Position numbers and translations under genes: made by a program. From Gemmatimonadales bacterium (GTDB lineage Bacteria > Gemmatimonadota > Gemmatimonadetes > Gemmatimonadales > GWC2-71-9): a stretch of DNA of 34,029 nt. Location: positions 1-34,029 of the forward strand of contig JBDTUV010000001.1 in NCBI GenBank assembly GCA_040007575.1, read 5' to 3'. Under the pieces are notes generated by a model. That model was not told the DNA's origin, did not search any database, and worked only from the letters and a program-made list of their open reading frames with translations. Numbering within the stretch: the stretch's first letter is position 1; each line of letters starts with the position of its first letter. Shown one piece after another: positions 31,489 through 34,029 of the stretch.

Positions 31489-33918
31489 ATGCTCCGCCTT
31501 CTCCTCACACCATCGAACTGGCCGGCCGCCACGTCTTTGCTCGTCTCCCTGCTACTCCTTGGGGGGTGTGGCGGCGGCGAGGGAATCATCCTGCCCGGCG
31601 ATGGGGAGCCCGCCGCCATCGCCGTCACGGATGGCGATGGACAGAGGGGTAGGGTGCGGGAGCCGCTGACCGACCCGCTCGTGGTCCAGGTAACCGACAG
31701 TAGGGGCAGGCCGGTCGAGGGAGCCACCGTCGCGTTCGAGTTAACCTCGGCGGGCTCCGAGGTCGTTCCTGCCCAGAAGAGCACCAACGCCGACGGGAAG
31801 GCGGACGCGCGGCTGGTGCTTGGAACCACGTTTGGACGGCAGACCGGCAACGCCCGGGTCGTCACCCAGGAAGGGAGACCGGCGGTCCAGACGGATTTCA
31901 CCGCCATGGCGCTACCCGAGGACGCCAACACCATGGCGGCTGTGGCCGGTCAGGACCAGAGCGGCCATGTGAACACTCAGCTGGACGAGCGTCTGGTGGT
32001 GAGAGTCACCGATAGGTTCGAGAATCCGGTCGAGGGGGTACCAATCACCTGGGTGGCTGAGGGAGGAGGAAGCGTAAGTGCCGAAGTCGTAGAGACCGAT
32101 CAAGACGGCGAATCCCGAGTCAGGCGGACCTTGGGACCCACCGTCGGCACCCAGACAACGGTGGCAAGCTCCGAAGGACTCGCCGGATCGCCGGTGACCT
32201 TCGTGCACACGGCCCTGGCAGGGGATGCCTCCCGCCTCGTGGTCGTTTCGGGCAACGGGCAGACCGCCCCGGTTGGCTCGGCGCTTCCGGCAGATCTGGT
32301 GGTTGCGCTGCTGGATGCCGACGGGAACGGCATCCCTGCGACTGCAGTGAGCTGGGTGGTGGCCACCGGTGGAGGACGCGCCAACCCGGAAAACAGCACC
32401 ACCAATGGCGACGGCCGTACCTCGGCCAGGTGGACGCTGGGGGACGCGGCAGGGGAGCAGCGGCTCGATGCCGTGGTGTCCGGAGTCGGGGTCGCCAGTT
32501 TCCGGGCCACTGCCACCTCGCCCGTCATTGGCACCACCACCACGATCACCGCTGACTCACCGGATCCCTCGGTTGCGGGCTCGGAGTTCCTGGTCGAGTT
32601 CCGGGTCACCTCGGGCGGCCCGACCCCTACCGGAACCGTCAGGGTGACGGTGAGCGGAGGACCCGCGACCTGTACCGCCACGCTGAGCGGAGGCGTTGGG
32701 AGCTGCTCGCTGAGGCTCGGCGGATTGGGAGACAGGACGATCACGGCCACCTACTCCGGCGCGCCGGGACTGTCGGGGAGCTCGGATACGGAGCCTCACC
32801 GGGTCGAGCCGGCCCAGCCGGCGAACGAAACACCCACGGCTGACTTCAATTGGCACTGCGAGGACCTGACCTGCTTCTTCACCGACCACAGCCGGGACGA
32901 CGACGGCACCATCACCAACCGGCACTGGGATTTCGGTGACGGGGCTACCACCGAAAACGAGCTGACCCCCTCGCATACCTACGTGGCGGGTGGCGATCAC
33001 ACCGTGATCCTCACCGTCACGGATAACGGCGGGCTGACCGACGAGGCCCAGGACAAGGTCAACCCGAAGGCGCCCCCGCCACCCAATCAGGCCCCTACGG
33101 CTGAATTCACCTGGCAGTGTAACGAGCTGAAATGTGCATTCTCCGATGCGAGCACCGACGGCGATGGCAGGATAGAGAGCCGAGCCTGGGATTTCGGCGA
33201 CGGGAACACATCGGATCGCCGGGATCCTGACCATTCATACGGGGCCGGCGGCACGTACACGGTCACCTTGACGGTAACGGACAATGACGGCGCCCAAGGT
33301 GGCCCCGTTTCTCACCCTATAACGGTCGCCGCACCGAACGCGGCCCCACAAGGCCAGGGGGATTCCTACACGACGAGTGAGGACACCCAGTTAACGGTTA
33401 ATGCTCCAGGCGTCTTAGGGAACGATTCCGACCCCAATGGAGATGGTCTGACCGCCGTGAACGCAAGTGGCCCCTCTAATGGAACGGTGACGCTTAGTTC
33501 GAACGGATCGTTCGTCTATACCCCGGACCCGAACTTCAATGGGAACGATTCGTTCACCTATCGAGCTAGCGACGGTTCTCTGCAGTCGGGGCCCGTCACA
33601 GTAACCGTAAGCGTGAGCGCCGTGAATGACCCCCCGGTGGCGGGGGATGACTCCTACACAATGTTCGCCAGCGACCCGGCGTTGACTGTTTCTGCCGCGG
33701 GGGGTGTCCTTTCCAATGACAGCGATCCTGACGCAGGCACAACTCTAACCGCTCAGATCGGGAATACCCTCCCGAGCCAGGGGACTGTGAACCTCTCGGC
33801 AGATGGTTCCTTCACCTACACCCCGAACCCAGGTGCCACCGGAACGGATTCATTCACATACACAGCCAGCGACGGAGGGCTTACCTCCAATGCGGCCGTA
33901 ACCATCACAATTCAATAA
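31489..33918 (+). CDS. Large surface lipoprotein with Big-like Ig repeats, two PKD domains and two cadherin-like/VCBS-type ~95-aa repeats (adhesin-like)
   Basis: Lipobox 'LLLLGGC' with Cys27. Three Big_1-like units ('VTDGDGQRGRV...LVVQVTDSRGRPVEG', 'VAGQDQSGHV...VVRVTDRFENPVEG', 'VSGNGQTAPVGS...VVALLDADGNGIP'). PKD signatures 'WDFGDG...H.Y...G.YTV.LTVTD' occur twice. 'GVLGNDSDP...G.V....DGSF.YTP...G.DSFTY.ASDG' occurs twice. Confidence 0.8.
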   Translation: MLRLLLTPSNWPAATSLLVSLLLLGGCGGGEGIILPGDGEPAAIAVTDGDGQRGRVREPLTDPLVVQVTDSRGRPVEGATVAFELTSAGSEVVPAQKSTNADGKADARLVLGTTFGRQTGNARVVTQEGRPAVQTDFTAMALPEDANTMAAVAGQDQSGHVNTQLDERLVVRVTDRFENPVEGVPITWVAEGGGSVSAEVVETDQDGESRVRRTLGPTVGTQTTVASSEGLAGSPVTFVHTALAGDASRLVVVSGNGQTAPVGSALPADLVVALLDADGNGIPATAVSWVVATGGGRANPENSTTNGDGRTSARWTLGDAAGEQRLDAVVSGVGVASFRATATSPVIGTTTTITADSPDPSVAGSEFLVEFRVTSGGPTPTGTVRVTVSGGPATCTATLSGGVGSCSLRLGGLGDRTITATYSGAPGLSGSSDTEPHRVEPAQPANETPTADFNWHCEDLTCFFTDHSRDDDGTITNRHWDFGDGATTENELTPSHTYVAGGDHTVILTVTDNGGLTDEAQDKVNPKAPPPPNQAPTAEFTWQCNELKCAFSDASTDGDGRIESRAWDFGDGNTSDRRDPDHSYGAGGTYTVTLTVTDNDGAQGGPVSHPITVAAPNAAPQGQGDSYTTSEDTQLTVNAPGVLGNDSDPNGDGLTAVNASGPSNGTVTLSSNGSFVYTPDPNFNGNDSFTYRASDGSLQSGPVTVTVSVSAVNDPPVAGDDSYTMFASDPALTVSAAGGVLSNDSDPDAGTTLTAQIGNTLPSQGTVNLSADGSFTYTPNPGATGTDSFTYTASDGGLTSNAAVTITIQ
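32833..33333 (+). repeat. Intragenic tandem duplication: two PKD-domain-coding units
   Basis: aa ~449-526 and ~536-615 of the lipoprotein align by eye ('PTADFNWHCEDLTCFFTDHSRDDDGTI..RHWDFGDG' against 'PTAEFTWQCNELKCAFSDASTDGDGRI..RAWDFGDG'). Confidence 0.7.
33346..33915 (+). repeat. Intragenic tandem duplication: two ~95-aa cadherin-like/VCBS-type units
   Basis: aa ~620-715 and ~716-809 align by eye ('GDSYTTSEDTQLTVNAPGVLGNDSDPNGDGLTA' against 'GDDSYTMFASDPALTVSAAGGVLSNDSDPDAGTTLTA'). Confidence 0.7.
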
Positions 33919-33975
33919 ACAACGCGCTACCTTCCCATAACCCGGCCGGGGGTATAGACTCCCGCTCCCGTTCCT

Positions 33976-34029
33976 GGGCGATTAGCTCAGCTGGTTAGAG
34001 CGCGCGCCTCACATGCGCGAGGTCGGGGG
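33976..34029 (+). tRNA. tRNA-Val (CAC anticodon), 5' 54 nt only (runs off the window end)
   Basis: GGGCGAT acceptor 5' strand, D-arm GCTC-AGCTGGTTA-GAGC, anticodon stem CGCGC/GCGCG with loop CTCACAT, variable AGGTC, and the start of the T-stem GGGGG. Confidence 0.8.

Noticed and set aside
1-34029. Scan for CRISPR arrays, IS/transposase or integrase genes, toxin-antitoxin pairs, restriction-modification or other defence-type genes
   Set aside because: No regularly spaced direct repeats, no terminal inverted repeats flanking an ORF, and no ORF with nuclease, recombinase, ATPase or methyltransferase signatures were seen by eye. Every sizeable ORF is accounted for by polysaccharide, signalling or surface-protein functions.

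Overview
GC-rich bacterial chromosome segment (about mid-60s % GC from hand counts of scattered 60-nt lines). It is dominated by a Wzx/Wzy-type surface-polysaccharide locus made of two convergent operons. The plus-strand operon runs from upstream of the window to 17712, and most junctions are 1-11 nt start/stop overlaps. It reads as a complete legionaminic-acid-type nonulosonic acid (NulO) pathway: SDR dehydratase, DegT aminotransferase, NeuD/PglD acetyltransferase, hydrolysing 2-epimerase, a fused CMP-NulO synthetase::NulO synthase, and a CBS-nucleotidyltransferase. It also carries two separate HisH/HisF/PP-loop 'N-acetyl sugar amidotransferase' triads (acetamidino-forming modules), a Wzx flippase, an LbH acetyltransferase, a 507-aa orphan protein and a GT-B glycosyltransferase. 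A WbaP-like priming transferase follows after a 352-nt gap. The minus-strand operon (28106 down to 19649) encodes a GT4, an 880-aa Wza-like OPX exporter, a kinase-less Wzz-like PCP, two GT4s and a Wzy-like polymerase. The right flank holds a GT4 plus a stand-alone receiver domain, a convergent lower-GC GGDEF cyclase with a truncated receiver-gene remnant, tRNA(CAU), an 809-aa Big/PKD/cadherin-like lipoprotein, and a partial tRNA-Val(CAC). I saw no CRISPR array, transposase, integrase, toxin-antitoxin pair or recognisable defence genes. The most unusual points are the duplicated, differently ordered amidotransferase triads, the NeuA::NeuB fusion, the orphan 507-aa protein in the NulO operon, and the compositionally atypical GGDEF segment next to a tRNA. 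All family calls come from motif recognition by eye. No searches were run.
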